Positions 50,771 to 63,880 of a stretch of DNA of 64,000 bases are shown here, one piece after another. Position 1 is the stretch's first letter. Each line of letters opens with the position of its first letter. This stretch comes from Laetmonice hystrix. Lineage: Eukaryota. Where the stretch lies: assembly GCA_965235115.1 (NCBI GenBank), contig OZ249452.1, positions 13,392,001 through 13,456,000 on the forward strand, written 5' to 3'. The position numbers were made by a program, and so were the translations under genes. A model generated the notes under the pieces. That model was given only the letters and a program-made list of their open reading frames with translations. It was not told the DNA's origin and searched no databases.

Positions 50771-53237
50771 GTTCTCTTCTTCTTAGTGCATTTTCCTTTT
50801 CATCCCATGCATTACATAACATAATCACACGGGTCGTAACTTTGCCAGCCGGCCTTGACTGGTCGGATCAAGGTAAAGGGGGGGGGGGGCTGATTCACAA
50901 ATCTGTAAAACCGGCCTGTATTTAAAACAGTCCCCTTTCAAACCTCACGTACATACCAACATGCATAATTTCCGCTAATACCATACGCTGACATCAGTCA
51001 ACATGAGACTGCGGTTATAGCAGAACAATGCCATCCTTCTCGTGTGTGACAGTATAGTAGTTCGCACGGTCACGTATCAAACGTAAAAAAATATCATATA
51101 TAACCATTGTCTCTAACTTCCATTGTAACTATTGCCCACCCACATCACACCGACAAAAGTTACCCAGAAAAAACAACTAAATGAAACTGTCGAAGTTAAT
51201 GCCCTGTAATCCTACGATTACAATCTCAAATCTTTGTGAAGTGTCTCATTTAGGGGCAAGACCAAGTAAGAAAAATTTCTACCCAGCTCTCCAAACCACC
51301 ATTATGGGGAAACGATTTGCAATTCTGAAAATTTCATATACTGAGGACTACGGGCTATTCGCAGGGACAAATTCGGTTGCGACACCATCATGGAAATTAA
51401 CACAGGGTCATTTATAATAATTGGCTTTCGATTGTAGAGTCAAATGTATGATAATTATTTCCAATGTAAACACTTTACACCTAACAATACGTTAGTATTA
51501 CCACATATCACCTAATCCTGTAGGTGGTACTAACATAACCTGAGCACGGGCACGAATACTTTCAGCGCCAAAGCAACATGCGGATTTCCCCGTGGCGCCA
51601 TCTGGATGTTGGGATACGAACAACCCTAGTTAGGGAATGAGATAGGAAGTAGTAACCAATAACGGATTGCTAGAAAGGGAAAAAAACATCGCAGCTACAA
51701 ATTTGTCAACATTCTGGGCTGCTTGAAACATAGAAGTATACAAAAAACGGCAAAAATGGGAAGTACGATATGCATGGCCTAAATTCATAATGAAAGCAGC
51801 CCCAGTTGACACGGTGGTCCGCATTGGACGCCACCTTGTGGCCAAAAGAAGAGTCTTGGTGACGGTGCCATATTTGTGCAGTTAGGGGGGTAGGCGGACG
51901 TAGAAAGATCAGTGTCCCCCAATGGCCCCCCTGCGGATTGCTTTGGCATTGATGGGTATTTGTGCCCCCACATTTCTGCAGGAAGTGTGTACAAAGTGGC
52001 ACCTGAGACCAGACTCAAGACTGCGTTGTTTTTTTCTTCCCTTTGTAGCACCACCAGTTCTGCTGGTTCAACTACTCCTCGGATCTCCCACGCCAACATA
52101 CACAAACCTTTAGTTGCCATTGGTTACAAGCAGAAATCCATGAAGTAAGCCTACGGGCACTGATTCGGGGCTGGATGTAAGACTTCCCGAACCGGCGACG
52201 CTGGTGACGTGGCTGTTGTTAACGTTGGTGACGTCAGTGACGTGCGTCCTCAGCGGTCGCCCTGGAAAAGGACGCAGAGACGTCAGCTATACCTTCGTTA
52301 TTCGGCCATCGACTCGCTAAGCTACTAATGATAAAACCAAACACTGATACAAACACTTCCATAAGGCTGTAAATTCCGTCTACATGAAAACCTGGGAGGA
52401 TGCAGAACACGTTAAATGGATGTGACGTCGGACCATTAGTGTCGATCATTGAAGTATGACGTCACGTATAGTTAGTTGTATGACGTCACATGTGGAACAA
52501 AAAACAACCTTAATTCTCATCACCAATAGATTTACATGCAAGTGGCCGGCAGCGGACATAGTCTATAGAACTACTAGTATTCCCAAACACGTGAAATCAT
52601 AAAAAGAAGAAAAATATATATTAATATATATGTTATCAATTATTATAGCACTCGATGTGGTGCATTGATGGAAAGATTGTGATGGCGACCTCTAGCGGAT
52701 GTGATCCAAAATGCACACGTTGTTGTTGATTGGTTGAATGCAGTCGCGTGAAATCTCGAGCGAGAAGAGGGTGGTTTCTGCTTATGGGTTTATGAATACA
52801 GCAATGAAAAATAATACTGCTTCCGTCAAGAGGTAATGAGGGCAGTTGGTTTGCGAGCATCTATACATGACTGTCCTAATGATTGTTCAAAATTTAAACC
52901 AAAATAGAGAGAGGGAGAGCGTGCTTATAACCCTATGTGTGCTGAATACAAGTGTGGAATTATGAACTTTTAATTGAAAGAAACACCCGTTCTACTCTTT
53001 TTGAATAGTTGTGACAAAACTCAATTATTTTGAAAGTGTAACTTGTAAGATATAACATGTTACAGGTGGTCAAACATTTATACAGGTATCGTGTGCAGAT
53101 GCAACTAACAAATGCAAAGAAATGTAGCTCTCCAGGATAGTGTATACAAACAAATCATATTTATTCGTTCATTCTTATATGAGGGAGTATGGCGTGTATG
53201 AGTTGCGAGTCGTTTTTCGCCTTGAGGCCAATAATTA

Positions 53238-53468
53238 TAGTACTTGTATAAAGAAGTGGGTCCGTGTACATACAAGGTGACGTCAGATAACGATGACGTC
53301 ACAGCACGTCACGTGATCGGCGGTGGTGAAATGTTGACTGACAAAACGTTACCTGCGGGAATTGTAGTACGTGTATAAAGAAGTGGCTGCGTGTACATAC
53401 AAGGTGACGTCAGACAACGATGACGTCACAGCACGTCACGTGACTGACAAAACGTTACCTGCGGGAAT
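53238..53468. repeat. Tandem duplication (~127 + ~104 bp) rich in TGACGTCA and CACGTG
   Basis: Copies start at 53238 and 53365; the second lacks about 22 bp. Confidence 0.9.
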
Positions 53469-56400
53469 CTATACCAATATTATGTCGTGTGTATGTTGGG
53501 TGCCACTTCTGTATGGATGGGAATGAGTTTGTTCGCGTAGACCAAGTGTGCTTAAATGTGTTTCATCTTTCCAGATATTTAAGGGCATTTTTCAGAACAG
53601 TTGTGGAGGGAGTTTAGGCTAAAAATTCGGTAGAGGTGAAAATTTGGTTCAGCCGAGTTTATTTTGGTTCAGATGGTGTTTGGTTCACCTTGTATGACCC
53701 GCCTGTCCTTCCATTCAGGTAGCACGCTACATAATCATTCGGTCTAAATGTGGGTCTTTAATACGAACACCGAAGGCTCAAGATCCTTGTAAAAAACTAG
53801 GTTTCATTCTGCATTGATCTGAATCCCAAGAGGGTGGGTTGTTTTACCCCTCTCACGATAGGTAGGGTAAATTTGCCTCTCCTTCACGCAATCTTGGCTC
53901 CACAACTGTGCTATATAGATACTCTCAGTCAAAACAGCACAATTTACAAGAATTTAAATAAAAATGTTTGGGACAGATTTATAACTTGGTTCACAACTGA
54001 ACACTGCGGTGTTTGTCTTAAAGGATGTGATTATACAATATGTAGATTTACTATTTCATCTATTGTCTTCATCTGATGAACCGATAATCCATGGTGGAAC
54101 ATTTCGGAATTCCTGTAAATGGCGCACAGTGAGTGTGTCATGTGAATCGGTCTTCTGGCGGCGTGTGTATGTGTGTTGACGATAAGTGATTGGATATGAC
54201 TGATAAAACGTCAATGGACTGACGTCATCGAAGGTGATGTCGTCTGCTCATTGTGGATCAGTGGTTGCTTGGCAACGGGACAAACTTATTGCTTTCAATG
54301 ATGTTACGTTGTACTGAGTCTTATCTCACAATGGTGAGACTGTACAGAACTATGTGAGGATTTCTTTCTAGGATAATATTGTATTATAACTGTATAAAGA
54401 CAATGTGTATAGATAATTTTGTTTTAATATCCCAAAACTTTTCATGAATAATTGTGTCACCCAACTTCTGCTCCTGTGGTGCTTACAGTGCTTCATTGTG
54501 CACAGATCCTTTTAATTTGCCACCAAACTGTCGCTTAAAGAGTGGTCGAGCAGATAGGGCGAATGGAAATGCGCTTAATGACACGAGAAAAAGAACGAAA
54601 CCAGAGATGCTTATGAAAGAGAACACGAAAATGTTAAGTGTTAATATACGAGTGTATGATATAACCAAAAGTTGGTATCCATTCCTGCAGCAGGCGCATG
54701 AAGAGACAACAGCTGACCCAAAACACATTAATTATAATGGCATTAAATATAAGTCAACGGTTTTTAGCAGCAGTGCTTTAAACAAAACCTTTTGCAAAGA
54801 GCTACCATTAGTGTGTCAGCGTTTATTTTGCCTTTTACGTCAGGCAAGAACAGTACGCGTCGCATACTTCTCAGTAAAGTGTGATGCCAAGCTATAGTTA
54901 TGCATCAAGAAGTAGTTTTTCAAAATTGTAAACTCCAGATATATCTTTAACAGAAGAATGACACATAGAGTGAGGAACTCTACTCAGGGATTAGTGGCTT
55001 TTTCTGTTTCACCTAAGTGTGAACTATTTGTCGTCCAGGGAACCTAACACTATGTTATTTTCCTACGTAAGATGTCAACTGACGGACATGCGTATTTAGT
55101 GCTCTACAGGTACCATACCTGGCATGTGACTTCACTTCCAAGTTTTTCTTAATAAGTAGCGTTTCCTAAAAAAAATGAAACAAGTGGAAAAAAGAAGAAA
55201 AAAAAAATAGTTGAAGTGATCGCTAAGAGTGAGGTGGTGGCGCTACCTTGCGGTGGTGACGTCACGTAAAAGCAGACGAGTGATTATTAATCTCTGTGGT
55301 GTTAGATGTCACCGTGGTTGATGTCGGGACGCAAGCAACCAGTCCCATGTCAACCTGTGTGACCAAGTTCTACTGATCATTACCGGTGAATTGTATGGAA
55401 TGATGACCAAATAATCGCCGGCCCAATATTGTGTTGATCATCCGGCCAGAACTGCAAATTATTCATCCACGGTGTCGTTCTCAAAACGTATCACCGGATC
55501 CAATCGAACCAGGGGGTTCTCAACTGTTTTTTCCTAAACGGGGGAGAATGACCAGAATAAGATGTTTTTGTTTTCTTACAACAAGTCACCTTGTAACGTG
55601 TTTCCTTTCTAGAACCAGTACTTATTGCTGAAATCATCCGTGATTATTTTTATTTCACGCTCTCTTTGTGCATGCCGTAGGATGGGGTCAGTTTTCTTTT
55701 TTCTTTTGAAATAAGAGACAACATTTTCCCTTTGATTTCACTGTGTAGATATAGACAAAACTGTACAACATGAGAGACATCTACACACATATTGTTCAAT
55801 GAATGGCACAACGGTTGGACTGTCACCCTTAAAGGAACACTGCCTGGACATAGGCCCAAACTTAAAGGATACCTTGTGGTCAAACATTGTCTCGCTCACT
55901 TCCTACAATATGTCGCTGCAGATGTCCACCAGGGGGTCGCTGTTTATAAAACAACCCCCCTGGTGGTGAGAGTTGTTACTAGTGTCACGCAATATTTGCT
56001 CCAAACAGTGCTGTAATATTTAATATCGGTTTTTGCTCCTCCTGCAGTGGAGAGCTTTATGAGAAGGACACGGCTGGTATGTGATATATCAACAATGAAA
56101 CCCTTATATGTATTAATTTCATGACATACAGAAGAAAATGGTAGCGACTATTAGGGATATGGCGTTCTCTTATTGTTTCAAACAAGTCATGTGACCACGT
56201 TATATATATGAAAAATATAATTATATATAGGTATAAACATTATATATTCCAAGAGACCTATGGGTCAGGATAACTGAACTTCTTGTATGTGACTTTAAGG
56301 CACTACTTTAAGGTGGTGACGTTGTATTTACGTTTAAAACTTTCTGCAACATTATTGTCACAGTCTCTTCTAGGATGTAATAAAAATGTTCTGTGTATAT

Positions 56401-58599
56401 TAGATTTTGTGAATGTTTTATGTTAGATTTACTGTTCTTTCGTCAGAAATCCTGTCTGAGTGTCAAAGTGTTCCTCACAGATCCCCCAAGAGATTAATTA
56501 ATTAATTACCTTCCAACATCCAAGTTATAGTCCATAGAATAGTCACTTGGAATGGTTAAACAGAGAACAAGATTTGTTCGTCATTTTGACACCCATTTAC
56601 TGAACAGGATATCTCTATTTATCAGTTAATTATCTTCCATATATTGGCCCAGAATTGACTTGGACAGAGAAATAGAGAAATAAAAGGAAATACATTGTAG
56701 TACGAAATCAGACGAAAAGAAGGCTCTCAAAGCGCCCTCTATCGTTACGTTGCCATCTAGCGGCGTGGAGCTCACGTACTTGCCCACATTTCTAAGATTT
56801 GCAAGATCGAGAAGCAAAGAGTAATTAGGAAGAACTATTAAGATAGCGACGAAAAGTATTAAAGAGAGAGAGGGAAGGAATGAACAGAGGAAGGAATGCT
56901 TGAACCCTCAGTTTGTTGCTCAATCTTAAATTTCCCTATGGTCTAGGCCCCGACTGCTCATCTATGCTGACGATAGGCTACATGTAACCCTATCAGACAA
57001 CATGGCCACTGATTACAGAGAACTAGGCCTACTTGAGGTTGCACGACCCAGGAAGTGAACAAAATAACAGCGGAACCCAAAATTTGAGAATAACATTTCC
57101 TCAGAAAGTGGGAACGTCCTCATGGAGTGTCCGGAGTTGGTTGACATTTAGTACTGACCCCTGGTGTTTTTCAGAAAATACATCCCACAGTCGTTATATT
57201 TGCCACCAGAGGGCGACTACGTGACCACGAGGTCTGGCTGGTTCCCTGCTCTGACTCCACTCGGAGATGTCCAATGAGAGGCAAGGAACCAGCCAGCCAC
57301 GACGTCTCCACAAGCATCAAATATTAACGATAGACGCCGCCACAAGTCTTCCTATAATTGAGAATTATCTCACCAAATTTAACCTAGAATAGCTTGTAGT
57401 ATTGGAAAATATGCGTTTGAAGTCTATGGGGGTTAAATTGGTTATGTTTACTCTACCGTTTGTAATACTGGTGTGTTTATTAGCATTATAATTATTCAGG
57501 GTAGACAGACCCGTCAACTGCCCGACCAGCAGCTACCTCAGTAGTTTTTTTATATAAACTTCGTATTGTCGAATCCTTACTGTATTAATTTATCATAATT
57601 CTTGGTTCCAAAGTGATGAAAATGTAATTGTACATATGTGCTTATAAATATTCAGCGGGGTTAGATTAGACCTAGGACCAAAATGTAATAATAGATTTAA
57701 TACCAGCATGTAAATGTTGAGAACATATTGATATGGGGTAGGCTAGGGATTTAGGGCCTACAGTTTTGCAACCTTTCCAACCTTTACTGGATCAACCCTT
57801 TTAAAGAAAGAAAGAGAAATATGCACCAAATAAACGGTTGAGCCATCACCGGTTCGCGGACTGATGAAGCGTAATACATGTTTATTGATCGATGAGCTGT
57901 CCAAAAAAACAAACCCCCCAAAAATCCGAAGGTACAATTTTTAAGAACACGATTGAGCATACTTCAAGGGTTCCCGTCTCGGCTAAAGGATAGATCTACA
58001 ATCATATTTACATACAGTACAGCTAGGACTATACAACATTGATGAACTGTATCCTTCCCTTATACAATGAATCGTGGCCTCTTGAATTGTACATTAATTA
58101 TTAGAAGTGGACCAGAATGTTAAAATGTACGCCTATATACATAGTAATGTCACGCTTGTATGTATCTTAGAGATGTATGCATGTCACGTATGTTTTGTCT
58201 CTTGTATTATGTATATTGTGTATGCTATGTGTGTTTATTTGTTATGTATGGGTGCACACGGAAATCTGTAGAGAAATCCCTCTGTCTCTGTTAATATATT
58301 ATAAAACAAAGTATTGCACATTTTATACAATATAACATGACGAAATATTTCCACATATGCACATCGCCATTACGTTTGGCCAACAGCACCAGTCGAAGAG
58401 ATTGAGAGAGGGAGAGATGATACATGAAGTGTCAAAGATTACGATCAGGTGTGTACACAATACAAGCACCCAGTACATCAAGTGAGCCAATCTCCGACTA
58501 ACCCGACATACGACACTTACTTGGATCACACAAATGACCAATTTAGCTTATTTGGTTGAATGTTAAATTGCTTCACATCATTAAATGCTGCCACACTGC

Positions 58600-59850
58600 C
58601 TTCATTCTGCAGTACTATATAAAACAGAAACCTTCAAGAAATCCTTTGTACTGTTAAGTACTAGTGTCACTTTTGTAGCTATTTCAAGGCTCCCTATCAA
58701 ATTTTATTTGATATTTTATTGAAATGGAGAACGAATGTTGAAAGGGTACAGGGAGTATGCCTTAGGATATTAGGGCAAAGTCTAGTTTTACAATGTTATA
58801 GCGGGTATGTTTGGGAGAGTGTTTTCCTCACCAGCTCACAAGGAAGTAATAGAATTATGGCGAGCTCATGTAACGCTTCCCCTGCAAACATGAAGCATAT
58901 TATGTGCTCCACTGTAGCAAATATTCAATGAAAACCTGCAAATATCCGAACTGCCTTCACCATAGGTTATTTAATTATCAAACTTAGGCCAAAAATTGTT
59001 CTACCACAAGAGCAACGGAGAAATACCTTAACCCAGATGGTCATTGACTGTAAAAGCTAGCCCTACTTCACAAATCTCGAAAACTGGTTCGTACATAGAA
59101 TATAATTTAGCAAGAAATTTTATTACATTAAATGCGTAGCATAAATTTAGAAAGTACAGTAGATTTATTCATTATTCAAGTCCAGATGGCATGCATCCCC
59201 TCCACAAATTCCATAAAGCATATTAAAACCGGTATTAAATATATATGGAAGATTTTGAATGCCATCTTGACGAGCTTTCTCGTGAACACTCGCGTGCCAT
59301 GAGACTATGACGTCACCATGTGTGGAAATCATGTCGTTACAGCTTTCGCCTCTGCAGAACTTCAAAACAGATTTTACCATCAAGTTATCAATGTTGCCCA
59401 GGTTGAGCCGCTCTATCTCTCTGCCTTTCCGACAGATAAATACAGTGCTTGAAGTCGATCCAATATAGAATCAAGCGTAATTAAACCAAACTTCAGCAGG
59501 TTCCTTTCACAGCTTAAAACGTATAGCACCTTGTTAATCAAAACAGAATTTTGACATCGTAAAAGATGGAATTCAATCCAAATTCAGGATTGTTGGGGTA
59601 GCTTCATCATAGGCTTTTAACGGTCTCTTTTTGGCGAAGTTATCTGATCTTGAATTCATTTCTTTAAAACAAAGATGCTCTGAGAAAAGAACAATTCTTG
59701 GGAACGCACACATTGGCGTCCCAAAAGTCCTCTAGCTGTTCAATCAATCACCATTGAAACATTGTCTTATGTTCGTAGTTCGCAACGGGTCTTAACCAAG
59801 TGAACGAGAGCGGATCATAATCACACAACATAATTCTTATTCTCTAATCA
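58600..59850 (-). pseudogene. Possible heavily decayed THAP-DDE transposase (PIF/Harbinger ISL2EU-like)
   Basis: Stop-riddled fragments in expected order: VLFSEHL...KRPLKAYDEATPTI (THAP-like end), LHELAIILLLPCELVRKTL (like WPSRE.VRKTMP), NSYKSDT (like SSYKSHT). By-eye resemblance only. Confidence 0.3.
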
Positions 59851-61711
59851 ACCAACAACCAGTAACGTTAACATTCAAATGTTTAAGTAACTCCTCACAA
59901 AACTTATGACCTTTCAAATAATTCCAAGACCAACCTTTGGCGTTTCTCTCACACTAACGCCCAGCGAGAGCAATGCATCACTTCAAACTTCACATTGTCC
60001 TTCATCGAGGCCCCTGCCGGAAATTACATACATCAAATGAGGCCTCACACAGTCCAGTATTCGTACACATGCTTTGCTTCACACAAAGTCGCCAAAGCCA
60101 GCAATCACATTAATCGTCACCTTTCGGACGCGATATCCGGTTCCTCACCTTTCCGCGAGTGCGCAGGCCCAACCGGAAGTACAATTCAAGCGTAGCGGAC
60201 CAGGCATTTGATCATAATCAAGTATTGTTCTCTAGTCTCACTAGACATCCACTGCCTCAAACTTCTTTCCATTAGAAGGTATCAACCTGATTTGTTCCCT
60301 GGCGCCTTCGTTTTTATGAGCAGCCTGTTCACGCACTTCACGCTGGAAAAGTAAAAATAGACCATATTAATCTTAACGTCTGGGTTACATCATTAAAGGG
60401 CCGTTGTGTTTACCCCTTGTTTTAACAGTAAATAAAGGTTAGTATAGACATGCCTATTTTAGGGTGGCTCATAATTATGTGGCTTCTTTTGCCAAACTCT
60501 CATCTCCGGAGGTATCCTATTTTAAACACAGCATCATAACCAGATATTTGTGTTGCGTTATTAAACGCAAAGGTCGCGTTTCCGAACGATAATTATTCCG
60601 ATAACATGGGCACCTCCGGAGAAGGCGAGTCATCAACGTGAGGCACCATAGTTACAGACCATCGGGGGGGGGGGGGGGTCACTATGCTTTCACCATTATA
60701 GACTGGTTATTACAGAAACCCCGACAAAAGTATCTTCAATGGGAACTGGGGAAAACGACTATCTACAAGTCCCGGACATCTTGCCAGAAATGTTGTTGTA
60801 CCGCCTGTGGTACCTGATAATACTTTGCGCTAGAGGTACTTTGGAACATTAGGGGAACTTTCATGCATGGTAGCTACTGGTTGGACGCTGGTTCGCAGCT
60901 ACTGGGTCGGAGCTAAAAGCGTCGGTGTACAACTGCCAGTATGTCAAACATTCCAGAACGCCAGGTATATTATAAACATCTACTTAAGCCTTCATGGATG
61001 TGGAATGCCTAAGAAGCATATTTTTATGATTAGCCAAACTATGGGGGCGTTGGTAAGACGCCCTTCTATCTATTGCTATGTGGGCGATAATATGATCTAT
61101 TGCTATGTGGGCGATAATATGATGTGGATATTATTGCTGGATGTCTTCATTCGTACCTTTCAGTTACTTACGTTGAAATACGTCAAGTCATGCGATCACA
61201 GATTCCCATCCCACCACTTACCTCTGCGCCCCCTCTACACAAAACCCACACTATCATGTCCGTTCAGTATTTTCATTGTCAAATGTTTTAAAGTATTCCG
61301 CTCATTTGTTATTTTCATGTCAATCTACAGCAATAGCAGCAAGATACTCCACAAACTGCATATGTTTCACCTTATAGTTCACTTATAACTTTTACTTGAT
61401 TGAGAAGCAGGACTAGCAAGGGGGTTTGTTAGGAAGGGTACTTGTCGATCAATCAATCACCCTCTCTATAACTATACCCTTGGATAAATCTTCCAACCTC
61501 CGCAACCAACACCTAGCCAACAAAAACGGTTCCAGGAGAGATTTAATCAAAGTAATGTCTCTATTTTCTAGCTTGGGAACATCTCAAGCGTCCCTGTTTT
61601 TTTTATAACTGCAAAATGTTTTTAGGACCTTATGAAAATACACTTATATTGTGTGCAACCTTAGAATAAATCGGTGCTGTGTTTGAATGTTATAATTCAG
61701 ACTACCAAATA

Positions 61712-61984
61712 TCAACAACACATGCAAAAAACAGGGATTAATTGAAGATTATTAACACCCAAAGTTAAAGAGCTAAGAAACCGAAACGAAACTATCGAAG
61801 AAAACCAGGCCCCTTGGAGACAGGAATAGCAGGATGCAGTGACGCGCAAGATCATTGGCGTATGAAGAGGAACTATAGAACAGCAAATAATTTGCATAAA
61901 TTTGCATAAATTCCTACGCTCGGGCTGGTTGGTTTGTATCCGTGTGTACTGCGTTGAATCGCCACTCCGGTTCGGGACTAGTTT
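61712..61984 (-). CDS. Candidate terminal exon of the channel-like gene (KLVPNRSGDSTQYTRIQTNQPE...)
   Basis: Acceptor tttcttcgatccaacctag| in phase 0, open to TGA at 61712. An alternative acceptor near 61872 would give FLFIRQ*. Unresolved. Confidence 0.3.
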   Translation of the reverse strand, partial: KLVPNRSGDSTQYTRIQTNQPERRNLCKFMQIICCSIVPLHTPMILRVTASCYSCLQGAWFSSIVSFRFLSSLTLGVNNLQLIPVFCMCC

Positions 61985-62526
61985 CTAGGTTGGATCGAAG
62001 AAATGATGAAATGAATAATAATTGTGACGTGTAATACGGAATCACTACCACTGCCTATACCTGAACCCAGTTACTACAAATAGTATTATTTGTGACAGGA
62101 AAACTAAAAGTGGACGTACTGTAAGTTTGGTGCAAATCGCCAGAACGCACAATACTAGACTACTGTACCAGGTTAGCTACACATATTTAATTAGGTTAAT
62201 GGTGTTTTTTCTAATGTCTGCAGTGTTCTCCGCAGACTATTTCACTACACAGAAGAACTTAACATTGAGACAATATAAAGTACAACACATAATACATAAA
62301 AACTTTGAGACAGTAGACGTATTAATACATGTGGTTAATGATGAGGAATAATAATAACCAGATTAAACGAGGTACACAAATGAGAAATGTAAATTACTCG
62401 TACAACAACACAGAAATCCATAATTTAGGTAAAGAGTGTGGGTGTTTCCTGTGGTCCATATATACAATGATAATATAACACCAAGGATCTGCAGGAGGAG
62501 GGGGGTTGTCTGGACAAAATACTTAC

Positions 62527-62574
62527 AACGTATTCTGCCTCACATTTCTTCATTTCTCGTCTGGTCTTGTAAGG
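62527..62574 (-). CDS. Next exon of the same channel-like gene (PYKTRREMKKCEAEYV)
   Basis: Acceptor cctctcttgcag|, donor |gtaagt, 48 nt phase 0-0; basic post-M4 tail. Confidence 0.7.
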
Positions 62575-62900
62575 CTGCAAGAGAGGCATACATTTTGCAA
62601 CGCTAACATTGAATAATACGACTAATATTACCTTCTTTTCTTCAGGTGTAAAATAATACTAAATACAAACATTGTTTAAACATATTGTGTTTACGTAAAG
62701 CGCCCACATTGGCCAAGGGACCAGTCTGATGGGTTTTATATCAGCATCCAGCGGAGAATCCAATGGTTAAACTTTACGATTAAATTAATTTTATTTAGAC
62801 GTCCCTGTTTCAGACTAGATGTATTTATAATGCCTGTTTGTACATAGCGTCGGTCAATGGGTTGATATGGGGCGATGGTCTTCACAAAGACACAAGCTAT

Positions 62901-63387
62901 ATGTTATGGTTGAAATTAGAATCCGGATGGATTCCGAATTTGACCGACTGAGATAGGAATTCCAATCTCAACCGGTTGAGACTGGAATTCTGGTGTGGAA
63001 ATGAATTATAATCTGAACCAACGCATCCAATTGAACTCAGGTGAATCAATTGGGAGTGGGGGTCCTTCTCAAAACACAATAAAGCTAACCCAATCATTTA
63101 ATCTATAACTATAACCCACCCCTCAGGAGGTTCTTGCTCTGCGAGGGGATTCCTGAAACTAACCTAAATCTCTAGATGGGTTCGTTAACCCATTCTTTAA
63201 AAACAATAAGGATGCCCTATCTTCTTGTCCCAAACTTTAACCCACTGTACTTGGTTGAAATAATAATTATAATTTCAATCTTGACATATAGCCTGTCAGA
63301 TTCCGGTCTCAGCCGGTTGAGATTGGAATTCCAATTCCAGCCGGTTGGATCTGGAATCCATGCAGATTCTAATCTCAACCATGATAT
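62901..63387. mobile_element. Foldback / MITE-like element with ~89-bp imperfect inverted arms
   Basis: 62901-62989 pairs with 63299-63387 (inner 34 bp match at 31 positions); no TSD recognised. Confidence 0.65.
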
Positions 63388-63498
63388 GCATATATTCATG
63401 TATAAATGTATGCCGGTACGGTGGGGGATCCAGTATTTTGATAAGGGGCTGGGGGGCCACCAGGATCCCCCATCAGGAATGACCATCAAAAGACTCAC

Positions 63499-63666
63499 CA
63501 CAAATAAAATTCTCAAGATGAACTGAACGTTGTAGCTAAAATAGAGTACGATTAGGATGATGAGCGCGATGTAGTCCTTCTCGTTGGCGGACGGGATGGC
63601 AGTCTGCATGCCGTGCCAGATACACACGGAGACCAGCGTGAGCATGGTGGCCAGTACGTACCGGTC
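63499..63666 (-). CDS. Internal exon of a multi-pass membrane protein, probably M3-M4 of a Cys-less (Pro-loop) pentameric ligand-gated ion channel
   Basis: Acceptor ttataacag|GAC, donor GTG|gtgagt, 168 nt phase 0-0: DRYVLATMLTLVSVCIWHGMQTAIPSANEKDYIALIILIVLYFSYNVQFILRILFV. Two hydrophobic helices, with a D(K/R)Y start of M3. Exon is solid; the family call is from recalled resemblance and needs an HMM search. Confidence 0.65.
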
Positions 63667-63880
63667 CTGTTATAATGATAACAGTACAGAGCGGGTCAGT
63701 ACGTACCGGTCCTGTCATAACGACAGCACAGAGCGGGTCAGTACGTACCGGTCCTGTTATAACGACAACAGTACAGAGCGGGTCAGTACGTACCGGTCCT
63801 GTTATAACGACAGCACAGAGTGGGTTATGACAGTACTGGTCCTGTCATACCGACAGCACAGAGCTTTAGGGTCAGTACAA
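63653..63880. repeat. 42/45-bp tandem array overlapping a splice acceptor
   Basis: Units alternate 45,42,45 bp and then degenerate; core CAGTACGTACCGGTCCTGT. Confidence 0.95.

Noticed and set aside
60506-60621. Short inverted repeat TCTCCGGAGGT as a MITE
   Set aside because: Only 11 bp, no TSD and no second copy.
61890-61907. Tandem octamer motifs ATTTGCAT
   Set aside because: Arise from a simple 10-bp duplication inside or next to a candidate exon; no independent support.
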